NCBI GenBank assembly: GCA_038087875.1
Contig: CM075995.1
Coordinates: 3,784,001-3,848,000 of the forward strand
From: Malacoraja senta
Taxonomy: Eukaryota
Length of the DNA: 64,000 bases
Reading direction: 5' to 3'
Each line of letters begins with the position of its first letter. Position 1 is the stretch's first letter. The translations under genes and the position numbers were made by a program. This document shows positions 39,043 to 52,060 of this stretch, piece by piece. The notes under the pieces were generated by a model that was not told where the DNA came from, ran no database searches, and saw nothing but the letters and a program-made list of their open reading frames with translations.

Positions 39043-40074
39043 TTGTTTAAACCCTCATGGTTGGACAGGGGTTTTACACAATGGAGGAATTATGGAATTA
39101 AAAATATGGGACAACTTTATAAGGAAGGCACCTTTCTGACATTTCAGGAGTTGCGACAGACTTATGGACTTCGAGGAAATGATTATTTCAGATATCTTCA
39201 ACTCAGAGATTATGTAAAATCGAATACTCAAAAATTTCGAATTAGAAATTCAGAAATTCTTGACGAATGTTGGAATAAACATCCTAATACAGAAAAATTA
39301 ATATCTTATATATATAATATCTTATTAGACAGTGACATTCCATCGACGGACTTACACAGACAAACATGGGAAAAAGAATTAAATCAAATAATAACGAAAG
39401 ATACTTGGGAAGAAAGTTTACAACATATACATCAATGTTCATTAAATGCCAGACATTCTTTAATACAATTTAAAGTAATACATAGATTACATTATTCAAA
39501 AACAAAATTACATAAAATCTTTCAACATATCTCACCTATATGTGATAAATGTCAACATTTAGAAGCCACCTTATCTCATATGTTTGCAAACTGTACAAAA
39601 ATTAAAAAATTCTGGGTAAATATTTTTAGTATAATATCTAAAGTGACCAGCACACAAGTGGACCCGGATCCAAAATTTATAATATTTGGAACATCAGAAT
39701 TAAATCAAACATTTACAACAACACAAAGAAACTTTATTGATTATAGTATAATAACAGGAAAAAAATTAATTCTAAAATTTTGGAAAGGCAAATGTGGATT
39801 ATAGAAATGACGGAGACCTTAAACGTGGAAAGAATCAGATTTTCCCTGTTGGACAAACAGGAATTATTCGTTGGAACATGGTCTCCCTTTATTGATTATT
39901 TAAAGGGTCAGAATGGTTCAGCACGGGAACCTGACTAATGCTCGGGCTAAAAAATGGATGAAATGCTATATTCTGAAATGTACGAATATATCTCGAATGA
40001 AGTTTTTTATTTTAATAAATTTTTCCACTCTTCTTTAACTATCTTTCTCTTTTGTTTTTTTTGTTTTTTTTTGT

Positions 40075-40105
<31 letters not shown>

Positions 40106-40315
40106 CTCTCTTTTTCTTCTCTTTCTTTTCTTTCTTTACTTCATCTATCTTTTTAGTTCTATCTAGTTTAAAATAAAAAAATTAAAAAAGGTAAAAGGTA
40201 TTGGAGAAATGTAATAATAATTGATAATATTATCATTTTAAAAATGTAAGACTGTAATGATGTTAATAGATTGTGTACTTATCTCCAATAAAAAATATTT
40301 TCAAAAAAATAAAAT
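39043..40315 (+). mobile_element. 5'-truncated L1-clade LINE
   Basis: ORF 39043-39804 FRYLQLR, WEKEL, CDKC..LSHMFANC (CCHC); T-rich 3' UTR, aataaa and A-rich tail; TSD aaaacaaagataga at 39029-39042 and 40316-40329. Confidence 0.92.
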
Positions 40316-41585
40316 AAAACAAAGATAGACATAAAAAGCTGGAGTAACTCAGCGGGTCAGACAGCATCTCTGGAGAAACGTCACCCATTCCTTTTCTCCA
40401 GAGATGCTGTCCGACCCGCTGAGTAACTTCAGCGTTTTGTGTCTGTACATGATTGCAGTCTAGCCCTCCACAGTGTACAGAGACAGGATAAAGGGAATAA
40501 CGTTTAGTGCAAGGTCAAGTCCCGTCAATTCCAATTAAAGATAGTATGAGGGTCTCTAATGTGGTAGATAGTACCTCACGTCCGCTCTCTAATTGTTCAG
40601 CTGCCTGATAACAGCCGGGAAGAAACTCAGGATCACAATAGGTCAGATACCTTGTGTGGGGAAAAATAGTTTCATCATGTAAAGGTAGACAAAAAGCTGG
40701 AAAAACTCAACGGGTGTGGCAGCATCTATGGAGCAAAGGAAATAGACCCTTCTTCAGACTGATGAATCATGTAAAGAAAGGTCTGGAGGAAGCTGAAACC
40801 CTCTAACTAACGATTGTGAATAATGAGCCTTTTGAAACCTTCATGACAAGAGATAACCAGTTTGCGCTGCAAGGTACCAGGATTAATCAGTTAAGGGCAC
40901 GAAGGAACCAGGATTAACAGCAGGTAAATGGGGTTTGATTAGTTGTTAATCTGCATGGTGGACCAGTCTCAACATGCTGGATGGATCCTGTAGTATTTCT
41001 GCTTTCAGCAGAGAGTTACATTAAATCTAAGCTTGCCACTTATACGTTCGAGATAATTAATTTAGACGGTAAACGGCAAATTTATTTTCATTTCTGTGGA
41101 TGTGTGGCGTAAAAAACATCTTTGGAATAGTGATAATAATTTTATTACATTTGGAGAAAAAAAAGAATTTCTGAACTGAGAAAGTATCGGAGAATATATA
41201 CATTCCCCTCTGGATTGCTTGCTGCGATTGTTATTTGCCCATAATTTTGCAGGATGTTTCATTTTATGGAAGTTTTATTACACCTTCGAAAGGAAAAAGA
41301 GACGGTAGAATTGCTGAAAGCAAAGGTCATGAATGAGAAATGTGTAACCAATTGTTCAATGTGAAACTGAGATGCAAGATAGGTCTTCTATCACATCTGA
41401 CATACAAGCCTGGAATTTTTTCATTTCATTTAACCATCAAGCTTATTGTAGGTTTGCAATAATGTTATTTTATATGTGCAAGAAGTATTGACGTCCTTAT
41501 CATCAACCATATCAAAAGATACTCTGATAGAGAATGGAAGGAAGAACAATTTTTATTCTATAGCACCATTCACATGTTTCAGAAC

Positions 41586-41903
41586 GGGGCGGCCATGGTG
41601 GCGCAGCGGTGGAGTTGCTGCCTTACAGCGCTTGCAGTACCAGAGACTCGGGTTCGATCCCGACTACGGGTGCTGTCTGTACGGAGTTTGTACGTTCTCC
41701 CCGTGACACCGTGGGTTTTCTCCGAGATCTTCGGTTTCCTCCCACTCTCCAAAGACGTACAGGTATGTAGTTTAATTGGCTTGGTGTATGTGTAAAATTG
41801 TCCTTAGTGTGTAGGACAGTGTTGATGTGTGGGAATCGTTGGTCGGTGCGGACTCGGTGGGCCGAAGGGCCTGTTTTCGCGCTGTATTTCTAAACTAAAC
41901 TAA
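41586..41903 (+). mobile_element. HE1-type SINE, full length
   Basis: A box tggcgcagcggtgg, B box ggttcgatccc, CR1-like tail, (taaac)n. Confidence 0.88.
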
Positions 41904-41927
41904 CAAGCAGAGTGTCTGAAAAGTGCC

Positions 41928-42475
41928 AAGACAGACACAAAATGCTGGAGTAACTCAGCGGGTCAGGCGGCATCACTGGAGAGAAGGAATAGGTGACGTT
42001 TCAGGTCGGGACCGTATTTCAGACTGAGAGTCAGGCGAGAGGGAAATTGGAGGTATGTAAAGGAACAATGAATAAATGATGGAAAGGTATACAAAAGGAC
42101 AAATCAAAGGATGTTCAAGGAAAGGTGGAGCCCACAATGGTCCATTGTTGGCTGTGGAAAAGGTGATAACGAGAGGATGTGAACAGTGAAACTAACTCAG
42201 GATGACAGTGAAACTAGTAGGACGACTAGGGTGGGGGAGGGACAGAGAGAGAGAGGGATGCAAGGGTCACTTGAAATTAGATAAATCAATATTCATATTG
42301 GTTGTAAGCTGCCCAAACAAAATATAAGGTGCTGTCCTCCAACTTGCGTATGGCCACACTCTGACAGTGGAGGAGGCTCAGGACAGAAAGGTAAGTATGG
42401 AAATGGGAAGGAGCTTAAAGTGTTTGGCAACTGGGAGATCGTGTAGTCCAAAGCAGACTGAGCAGAACTGTTCAA
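41928..42475 (-). mobile_element. Penelope-like element 3' end
   Basis: QHLIFCLGSLQP (GIY-YIG C-terminus, ORF 42293-42475) followed by the terminal repeat. Confidence 0.75.
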
Positions 42476-43029
42476 GTAAGTACATTTTATGTAAACTTAC
42501 TGATGCTATGAGAAGACCCAATAGCAAATCTTCTCAAAAGCAGTTTTAAAATAGGCAACCAGGAAAGCTATTTTGTAAATTGAGGGGAAGTGTTGGCCTG
42601 GACATGGGAGAACTACCCTACTCTTCCTCATGTAATGGCGTTAGATCTTTAACATCCACCAGAGAGAGTAGGTAGATTGAAGGCAGCACTTTAATTTCTG
42701 AGCATCCCACAGCACAAACTCTCATTTCAGATGACATTTGGATCAGATGATCAGCCATGATCACATTGAATGGCGGTGCTGGCTCGAAGGGCCGAATGGC
42801 CTACTCCTGCATCTATTGTCTATTGTCTATTGTCTATTGATCACCAAACCATCCACTGATTTTTATATACTGACACTGATACAAGATTACCAATCATGAT
42901 CTTCTTTAATGGTAGAGGAGGGACATGGGATCCAATTATATTTCCTCATTATATTTCTTTTGGAGTGACGATGAAAGCAGAAAATTTACAGTGACAGAAT
43001 TTTTCGAGCAAGAATCCTCAAGAATCTAA

Positions 43030-44585
43030 AGGGCCTGTCCCACTTACGTGTCCTTGGCACGCAAATTACGCAACTTCGTGGTCGCGTTGAGCCGCGACAG
43101 TCCCGCGAAGGTCGGGCGCGATTACAACCGTACGCACAGCAGTCTGGGGTGCGTGACGTCATTTGAAGATGGACACAAAGCTGGAGTAACTCAGCGGGAC
43201 CGGCAACATCTTTGGAGAGAAGGAATGGGTGGCGTTTCGTGTCGAGACTCTTCTTACAATACAATGCAATACAATACCGTTTATTATCATTTGGACCTCA
43301 AATGAAGTTCAAACGAAATTTGGTTTCTGCATTCATACAACAAGAAAAGAACCAAGACACAACACAATTTACACAAACATCCATCACAGTGAATCTCCTC
43401 CTCACTGTGATGGAAGCCAAAGTCTTGTCTCTCCCCTGCACTCCCCATTCTCCTCCCGATGTCAAAGTCAAAGCCCCCGGCGGGCGATGGTAAGTAAGTC
43501 CCGCGGCCATACAGGCCACGCCGGGCGATGCAAGGCCGCGCTCCGGGTCTTGATGTTGGAGCCCCCGGCGGGCGCTAGCAAGTCCCGCGGCCATTAAAGC
43601 CGCGCCGGGCGATATAAGACCCCGCTCCAGGTCATCTTCAACCCCGCAACTCGGGCGGGAGTAGCTGCCGTTGCGGGAGCTCCGAAAAGCGACTCCCACC
43701 AGGGACACGCGAGCTCCCGATGTCACCGTCCACCAGACCTGTGGCTGGAGCCTCCGAATCTCCGGGGTCGGGTCGCAGCCGCGCGCCACCACAGCTCTCC
43801 ACGCTCCGAACTCGGCCAGCTCCACGATGGTGAGTAGTCCGCAGGCTCTGCGACTGGAGCCCCAGGTCGTTCCGGTTGGAGGCTTCTCCACGGTGCTAGG
43901 CCCCAACGACAACGGAGATCCGACAGAGAAAGGTCGGGTCCTCCATATAGGGAAAAGATTTTAAAAGTTTCCCCACCCACCCCCCACACATACCCAGTTT
44001 AAAAAAAACACTATACACTACACACTACACTCAAACGAGACAAAAAAACAAAAAAAGACAGACGGACTGCAGAGGCCGCTGCGACGTGGGTCGCACCGCC
44101 TTCAGTCTGAAAAGAAGGATCTTGACCCGAAACATCATCCATTCCTTCTCTCCAGAGATGCTGCCTGTTCCGCTGAGTTACTCCTGCATTTTGTGTCTAT
44201 CTTCAATTTTCTTGGCCCCGCTCTGGGAGTAGAAGTGCGGGCGGATCCGGACTGCAACGGCCGTGAGCCCCAGGCCGAGTTCGGCGATCGTTTGCCTGCT
44301 TCTGCTGCTGTTGGAGGTGAGACGTTGCATCGCGCCAGGGTCTTGGGCCTGTCCCACTTTGGCCGTCAGTTCCACGACAGGCCGTTGGCGCTCGAAGATT
44401 TTGTTCACTACAAAAATTTCGGAGCCCCGCGCGATGTCGCGCACAACTACATACCCCTCCGCGCTTCTCAGTGGGACCGGCCCCGCGCGGCCAATACGAT
44501 GCTGGGGCCGGTGCATTGTGCGCCTCAATGCGACCACGAGGTTGCGTCATTTGCGTGCCAAGGACACGTAAGTGGGACAGGCCCT
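43030..44585. mobile_element. PIF/Harbinger-like MITE family A with nested insertions
   Basis: ~60-bp TIRs agggcctgtcccacttacgtgtccttggcacgcaaat..; taa/tta flanks; contains fold-back element ~43165-44205, itself split by 43256-44100. Confidence 0.8.
43256..44100 (-). mobile_element. GC-rich non-coding retroposed element with 3' hairpin
   Basis: (attgt)n tail on minus strand; stem 43380-43392/43402-43414; homologous to 2258-3003. Confidence 0.72.
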
Positions 44586-44631
44586 TTAGTCATAATCAAA
44601 CAGCACAGATAAAAGCCATTAGGTGGGGTCA

Positions 44632-45505
44632 CTAGGGGGCGCTGCATGATGGCAGCCTCTGCCTACAGTCTGTCTGTTTTTCTATCTTTTTTTTAATTTT
44701 GAGTTTGTTTAAAAGTAAGTTTTGGAGGATTTTTTTTAGTTTTTCTATGTGGGGGAGGGGGGTAGGGTAAGGGGGAAACCGTTTCTCAGTCACTTCCTGA
44801 CGGGGATGTGACTATTCTCCGAGTCGCATCTACGCCCCCCCCACCCCCCTCATGGCCCACCAACTGGATTGGCACGGCCTTTCTTGCCGGGGACCAGACC
44901 AAAGCTTTAGCAGCAGTGCAGCACTGGAGTTACCGCGGAGCGGGCGATGCCTTACCTGGATCGCCGTTTGAAGCTCCTGAGTGTTGGGCCTGCTGTGTCA
45001 ACATCGTGGAGCTGTGGTTTGCAGGGCTTCCAGCGCGGGCGGCGCCGACTTCAACATCGCGGAGTTCTGGGATCCCTTTGCCGAGGGCCACAAGCGTGAA
45101 TCTCCACCCAGCTCGGCCTGTGGACTTCGGGAGCCACGGTCTCCGGTAAGAAGTGGCCGATTCAGAACTCCAAGCCGCTGAGAGTGTTCTCCCGTTCCGA
45201 CATCGGAGTTCCATCATCCGGCGAGAGGGCCTGAACATCGGGCCGCCCGTAGCGGCGACAGCGAGGGGTTCAGCATCCCCCCGACCACGGGTGAACAACA
45301 GAAGAAAACAGAGGGGGATGACTGAACTTTGGTGCCTTCCCTCACAGTGGGAAAATTTGATTCCGCTGTGTGGGGATGTCTATGTTAAAGACTATCGTGT
45401 TCTGTGCTCTTTTTTATTCATATGGTTGTATGGTGACCACACATTTCACTGTACCAATTGGTACATGTGACAATAAATGTCTCTTGTCTTGTCTTGTCTT
45501 GTCTT
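44632..45505 (+). mobile_element. GC-rich non-coding retroposed element with Rex/Babar-like tail
   Basis: 5' gggggcgctgcatgatggcagcc; hairpin 45338-45376; tail cactgtacc..tgtgacaataaa..(gtctt)n; internal part recurs at ~49012-49210. Confidence 0.7.
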
Positions 45506-45603
45506 GGCTTGTCATTCGGCCCAACTCATTCATGCCAACCAATATGCCCCATCTAAGCTAGTCCCATTTGCCCGCATTTGGCCAATATCCTGCTCAACCT
45601 TTC

Positions 45604-46183
45604 AATAGACAATAGACAATAGGTGCGTAAGTAGGCCATTCGGCCCTTCGAGTTAGCACCGCCATTCACTGTGATCATGGCTGATCATCCATAAACAGTA
45701 CCCCATTCCTGCCTTCTCCCCATATCCCTTGATTCCGCTATCTTTAAGAGCTCTATCTAACTCTCTTGAAAGCATCCAGAGAATTGGCCTCCACTGCCTT
45801 CTGAGGCAGAGAATTCCACAGATTCACAACTCTCTGGGTGAAAAAGTTTTTCCTCATCTCCATTCTAAATGGCCTACTTCTTATTCTTAAACTGTGGCCC
45901 CTGGTTCTGGACTCCCCCAACATCGGGAACATGTTTCCTGCCTCTAGCGTGTCCAATCCCTCAATAATCTTATTATGTTTCAATAAGATGCCCTCTCATC
46001 CTAAACTCCAGAGTATTCAAGCCCAGTCGCTCCATTCTTTCAACATATGACAGTCCCGCCATCCCGGGAATTAACCTCGTGAACCTATGCTGCATTCCCT
46101 CAATAGCAAGAATGTCCTTCCTCAAATTTGGAGACCAAAACGGCACACAATACTCCAGGTGTGGTCTCACTAGGGCCCTGTAC
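45604..46183 (-). mobile_element. CR1 LINE 3' fragment
   Basis: ORFs 45973-46185 and 45753-45983. Confidence 0.9.
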
Positions 46184-46879
46184 AAATGTCCATGTACCTG
46201 TCCAAATGTCTTTTAAATGTTTATATGTTGCTGTACCTGCTTTAACTGCATCACCTGGCAACTCATTCCTTATACCCACCACCAGGGGGTTGTCCCAGTT
46301 CTTCAATGAAAAGAGGTAATTAAGAGATTTAAACTTCCGTGGGTACCCAATCTCAATGAGATCAACCTAGAAGCCTTTTTATGTGAGATGCCATTAGGGA
46401 CAGCAAGTGGTGAAGCCTGAATGAAGGTTCAAGCTATTCTTGAGTGGAATCTCCCTCAAGCACAGTTATTCCATTCAACTTTTTCATGGATTTTTTGTTT
46501 TTTGTGTTTTTATGACTGTTGGCAGATCAATTTCCCACCTGGGATAAATAAAGTTCTATCGTATCGTATCGTGTCGTAAATTGGCTTTTTGACCATAATT
46601 TATCATATTGATTCAAAATATAATAAAGCTCTCAACTTGTTCACCTTTCCCTGGAACTGCATTGAGATACCTGCAACTAAATTAAGATCTTTAAGTTTTA
46701 ACCAAATTAACCAGGGAAGGATACATTTTAAGGGCGAGGGAGAAAATATTTAAAAGAGATCCAAGGGATGTTTTTTGTAGGGTGATGTGTGCATGGACAA
46801 GCTGGTAGATACAAGTATAATCACAGCGTGTAAAATTAAGTTGGACAGGTATGTGAAAAGGAAAGTAAAGGAAAGATCA

Positions 46880-47132
46880 AAAATCTTTTTTACCCAGAGA
46901 GTTGTGAATCTGTGGAATTCTCTGCCTCAGAAGGCAGTGGAGGCCAATTCTCTGGATGCTTTCAAGAGGGGGTTTATCTAACTCTTAAAGAGCTCTTAAA
47001 GATAGTGGAATCAGGGGATATGGTGAGAAGGCAGGAATGGGGTATTGAATGTGGATGATCAGCCATGATCACTGTGAATGGCAGTGCTGGCTCGAAAGGC
47101 TGAATGGCCTACTCCTGCACCTATTGTCTATT
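46880..47132 (+). mobile_element. CR1 LINE 3' fragment
   Basis: FFTQRVVNLWNSLPQKAVEA; (ctattgt)n tail. Confidence 0.85.
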
Positions 47133-47239
47133 GAGATATGGGCTAAATGGAAGAAAATGGGATCAGGGTAGATAGGCATTTTGATCGGGGTTAATCCATC
47201 AAGAGGAACGGCCTATTTCCATGATGTATGACTGCAAGT

Positions 47240-47575
47240 AATGTAACACCTGTCTCTACACCTCCTCCCTCATCTCCATCCAGGGACAGATACCTCTTCA
47301 AACCGCATTTGATACCCCTGACATGGCCTCCTTTACTTCGGCGAGACAAAGCTTAAACTAGGCGACCGATTTCACCGAACTCATGCGTTTGGTCTGCCAA
47401 GACCCTTACTGGCCAACCTCCAGGTTGCTAACCATTTGAACTCCCCTATCCCCACCAATACCAGCTTTCCTCCATTGCCAGTGTGAGACCAAACACAAAC
47501 TGGAGGACCAGTCACATCATATTCCACTTGGCTGGCTTACAACAATATGAACATTGAATCCTCCAATGTTAAGAA
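47240..47575 (+). mobile_element. Degenerate Penelope GIY-YIG fragment
   Basis: YFGETK, LGDRF, VANH, KLEDQ remnants matching the 16890-17570 protein. Confidence 0.65.
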
Positions 47576-47689
47576 ACACCCCCTTTCCCCCACTATCTGT
47601 CTTGTGCACCCAGTTCTCACTATCCCACTCCCCCTAATCCCCATCATCTTCCACCTATATCCCTTCCAGGGGGTCCCGACGTGAGAGTT

Positions 47690-48535
47690 CAATCTCTTAC
47701 CTCGACGGAGATGCGATTTTTCCCATGTCGTATCTCCATCCCCCATTGCGGCCTAACATCGTGGAGTGGCGCGGCCTTTCCTGGAGACCCACCCGGCGCT
47801 TCAATGCAGGCACGGCGCGGACTTACCATCGTGGAGCTGCGATCCCCTTGCCGGGGATCGACTGTGGTGAGCACCAGCCGCGGGCGGCCCTATGGACTTT
47901 AACATCTTGGCGCCCGGTCTAAACATCGCGGTCCCTGGTTAGTTGTGGCTTCAAGCCATCCCGACGTGAGAGTTCCATCACCCCGACGCGAGGGCCTCGG
48001 ATCGCCGGCTGCGAGAGCTTTGAGGGATACGACTGCGGATTGTTCGACAGCCCCGACCGCAGAGAAGAAATCTGCAGATTTTGGAGGCATGCAAAGGTAC
48101 AATGAACAAATGAATGAAAGGTATGCAAAAGGAGGCACCGATGATCAAGGAAAGGTGGAGCCCACAATGGTCCATTGTTGGCTGCGGAAAAGGTGCTAAC
48201 GAGAAGATGTGAACAGTGAAACTAACTCAGGATGACTGTGAAACTAGTAGGGTGGGGGAGGGCCAGAGAGAGAGGGGATGCAAGTGTCACTTGATTGTTC
48301 GCAGATTGTTCGACAGCACCGACTGCGGAGAGGAAAGAGGGAGAGATTGGACTTTATTACCTTCCATCACAGTGAGGAATGTGGGGAGCCGCTGTGGTGG
48401 ATGTTTATGTTAAATTTTATTTTATCTGGCTATGTGTCTTGTTGCTTTTCACTTGGTGTGGCCATATGGTAACTCGAATTTCACTGTACCTTAATTGGTA
48501 CATGTGACAATAAACTCATCTTGAATCTTGAATCC
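47690..48535 (+). mobile_element. GC-rich non-coding element with 3' hairpin, interrupted by a Penelope 3' piece (~48070-48292)
   Basis: gc(g/a)gattgttcgacagc at both sides of the insert; hairpin 48363-48401; tail tgtgacaataaa..(ttgaatc)n. Confidence 0.6.
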
Positions 48536-49212
48536 TTCTCTGAGGCCTTTTGTCTCTTTTTTTTCATCTCTAGCCTTTGTCCGCACATCTTCCAATCAAA
48601 GCCTCTCACCTGTATTCACCTATCACTGGCACCACCTCTTTTCCAGCTTTCTCCCCCCTGCTAAGGTGAAGGGGAAAAAATGTAATGTGAATCTGAGGGG
48701 TAACTTTTCACACGAAGGGTGGTGGGTGTATGGAACCAGCTGCCAGAGGAGGTAGTTGAGGCATGGACTTATGCAACGTGTAGGAATTAGTTAGACAGGT
48801 ACATGGATAGGATGGGTTTGGAGGGATATGGGGCAAACCAGGGCCGGATTTAGATGAAGAGAGGCCCTAAGCTATTTCACTTGTGAGGCCCCTCCCAATC
48901 CCCCACCCCCATGACTAGAGGACCATGACTACCCGACAGTTACAGTGTGACACTTTTAGATCCTACTGTATGTTGTCATTAAACAGTTGGTTTTAAAATA
49001 CATATTGGATTCACCGCGGAGCGGGCGATGCCTTACCTGGATCGCCGTATGAAGCTCTGGAGTGTTGGGCCTGCTGCTTCAACATCATGAAGCTGTGGTT
49101 TGCGGAGCTCCCAGCCTCGTACCGCGCTGATTTCAACATCGTGGAGCCCTGGGATCCCCTTGCCGAGGGCCACCAGCGTTAATCTCCGCCCAGCTCATCC
49201 TGTGGACTTTGG

Positions 49213-51000
49213 ATGGTGCGGGAGGGAAGGGAAGAATTGACCAGGGAGTTGCGGAGGGAGCGGTCTTTGCGGAAAGCAGACAAGGGGGGGGAGATGGGAA
49301 GATGTGGCGAGTGGTGGGGTCACGTTGGAGGTGGCGAAAATGGCGGAGGACTATTTGTTGTATGTGGCGGCCAGTGGGGTGAAAGGTGAGGACTAAGGGA
49401 GACTCTGCCCTTGTTACGAGTGGGGGGATGGGGAGAGAGAGCAGTGTTATGGGGTATGGAATAGCCTGGTGAGAGCCTCATCTATAGTAGGGGAGGGGAA
49501 CCCCCGTTCTCTGAAGAATGAGGATATTTCCGATGCCCTGGTGTGAAACACCTCATCCTGGGAACAGATGCGGCGTAGATGGAGGAATTGGGAGTAGGGG
49601 ATGGAGTGCTTACAGGAAGCATGGTGGGAAGAAGAGTAGTTTAGATAGCCATGGGAGTCAGTAGGTTTATAGTGGCTGTCGGGCAGAAGTCTATCACCTG
49701 CGATGGAGTGCCGGATGGAAGTTAGTGGTGAAGCGGATGAAGTATGTAAGTAAGTCAGTTGTGTGTGGGTGCAGGAGGTAGCACCATTGCAATCATCGAT
49801 GTAACGGAGGTAGAGGTCGGGGATGGGGCCCTGGTACGCCTCAAACAAGCATTGTTCGACGTACCCGACAAAGAGGCAGGCATAGCTGGGGCCCATGCGT
49901 GTGCCCATAGCTACGCCTTGTATTTGGAGGAAATGGGAGGAGTGAAACGAGAAGTTATTGAGGGTAAGGACCAACTCCGCTGGGCGGAGGAGAGTATCAG
50001 TGGACGGGTATAGGTTAATTCTCTGGTCGAGGAAGAACTGGAGGGCTTTGAGACCATCCTGGTGGGGGATGGAGGTGTAGAGTGACTGGACGTCCATGGT
50101 GAAGATGAGGGGATGGGGGCCTAGAGAATGGAATGCCCGGAGACGACGGAGAGTGTCTGAGGTGTCTTGAACATAGGTACGGAGCGATTTAACCAGGGGG
50201 GATAGGATGGAGTCAAGGTATGTGGAAATAAGTTGGGTAGGGCACGAATAGGCAGAGACCATGGGCCTACCAGGACAGTCAGGTTTGTGGATTTTGGGGA
50301 GAAGGTAAAATCGGGCCGTGCGGGGCTGGGGAACGATGAGGTTGGAGGCTCGGGGGGGCAGGGAGCCGGAGTTGATGAAGTCAGTGATGGTGCTAGGGAT
50401 AGTGGCCTGGTGCTCGTCTGTGGGGTCATGGTTCAGGGGTAAGTAGGAGGAGGTGTCCGAGAGTTGGCGCGTGGCCTCAGCTTTGTAGAGATCTACGCGC
50501 CAGACTACCACGACACCTCCCTTGTCGGCGGGTTTGATAACCCAATCTAGGTTGTTGCGGCGTGAGTTGATGGCAGTATATACAGGGGGGGAGAGATTGG
50601 AGTGAGACAGGGGAGTGGAGAAGGTGAGGTGGTTGATGCCCCGCTGGCAGTTTTGGATAAAAAGGTCTAAAGCCGGAAGGCCATGAGGGGGGATCCACGA
50701 GGTGGGGATTCGTTGGAGACGGGAAAAGGGATCATCAATAGGGGGCGAGGACTCCTTCCCATGGAAGAACACTGTGAGGCGGAGGCGACGGTAGAAGAGC
50801 TCCAGGTCGTGGTGGGCGCGGAACTCATTGAGGTGGGGACGGAGGGGAAAAAGGTAAGACCTCTGCTGAGGACAGACCGTTCGATGTCGGAGAGGGGGAG
50901 GTCAGGGGGGATTGTGAACACACGGCAGGGATGGGGGTTGGGACCGGAGGAAGGCAGGTGAATTAACTGAGGCCGAGGCGATGTCTGGTGGGGGGTGGTG
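49213..51000 (-). mobile_element. Penelope-like element, RT region
   Basis: ORF 49447-50772 IKPADKG, FYLLPKIHK, MDVQSLYTSIP, QIQGVAMGTRMGPSYA, RYIDD; upstream LS..ERSVLSRGLTF; overlaps 17300-17990 in sequence. Confidence 0.93.
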
Positions 51001-51496
51001 GGTGGTCAGGGAGGAGGGGGACATAAAGACTGTAGTGTGGGTGGGGAAGAGCAGGGGTCACATAGTTTGAGGGGGATGGGGAAGACCCAGTCGAACATCC
51101 ACTGAGGTACCCAGGGTTAGGGTCTCTAGCACTAGGACCCAGTGCAGTCAAACCCAGGGGAGTGGGAGTTAGCAGCGTGGAGGCTTCAGGCCCGATGCTG
51201 AGTCCAGGCTGCAGGTAAGGTGACGGCTGCGTGCTGGAGGGCAGTGGAGTGGCGAGGGTCGGCGGACCCGATGGTAGGAGTCTGCGGGCAGTAGAGTCCG
51301 GGTCGGTGGGTGATGCCCGGGAGGTCCTGGTGGGCGGATGGTCGGTGGGGCGGCGCGGTTCGGCCAGCCCGGTGAGGCGACGAGGTGAGTAGGACGCGGT
51401 GCGGCGGCCATGTTCGGTGAGCCGGTCCGGCGGCGATGTTAGATGGGCCGGGTGCGGCGGCAATGTTGGGTGGGCCCAGTGCGAGGTGGGTCGGCA

Positions 51497-51651
51497 GGTG
51501 GGTAGGCCCCAGTGTGGCGGCGAGGTGGGTAGGCCCCAGGTGCGGCGGCGAGGTGGGTAGGCCCCAGGTGCGGTGGCGAGGTGGGTAGGCCCCAGTGTGG
51601 TGGCGAGGTGGGTAGGCCCCAGGTGCGGCGGCGAGGTGGGTAGGCCCCAGG
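51497..51651. repeat. GC-rich minisatellite, ~27-28-bp unit, about 5 copies
   Basis: ggccccaggtgcggcggcgaggtgggta and variants. Confidence 0.85.
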
Positions 51652-52060
51652 TTCAGCGGGAGAAAAGGATTAAATAAACTACATACCTTTTCCTTTGTCC
51701 TGCACTTCCAATGATCCAAGGATCTGTGGAGCAAATTCCTCTGCACAACGAACATATACCTCACCTGCATTTTAATCCCTCCCCCCCACACCACCAAAGC
51801 CTCCGGAATCGCAAGCACAGTGCCACCGATGGTAGGTTTTGTAACAACGCCACTATCTCAAAAGTTTTATATACCTTGTTGGAGCAAGCAGAGGCCACGT
51901 AAATCCAGCCCTGGGGCAAACGCAGGCAGGTGGGACTAGTGTAGCTGGTACATGTTGGCCGGTGTGGGCAAGTTGGGCCGAAGAAGCCTGTTTCCACACT
52001 GTATCATTCTATCATTCTATGACTCCAATGGGTCTGAAGAACGGACCTGACCCAAAATAT

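Noticed and set aside
41586..41665. tRNA gene
   Set aside because: The A/B boxes are the head of an HE1-type SINE repeated many times in the window; no cloverleaf or terminator.
48839..48900. hAT-like terminus cagggccggattt
   Set aside because: No matching opposite TIR or 8-bp TSD found.
51497..51651. CRISPR-like array
   Set aside because: Contiguous units without unique spacers, no cas genes, eukaryotic context.
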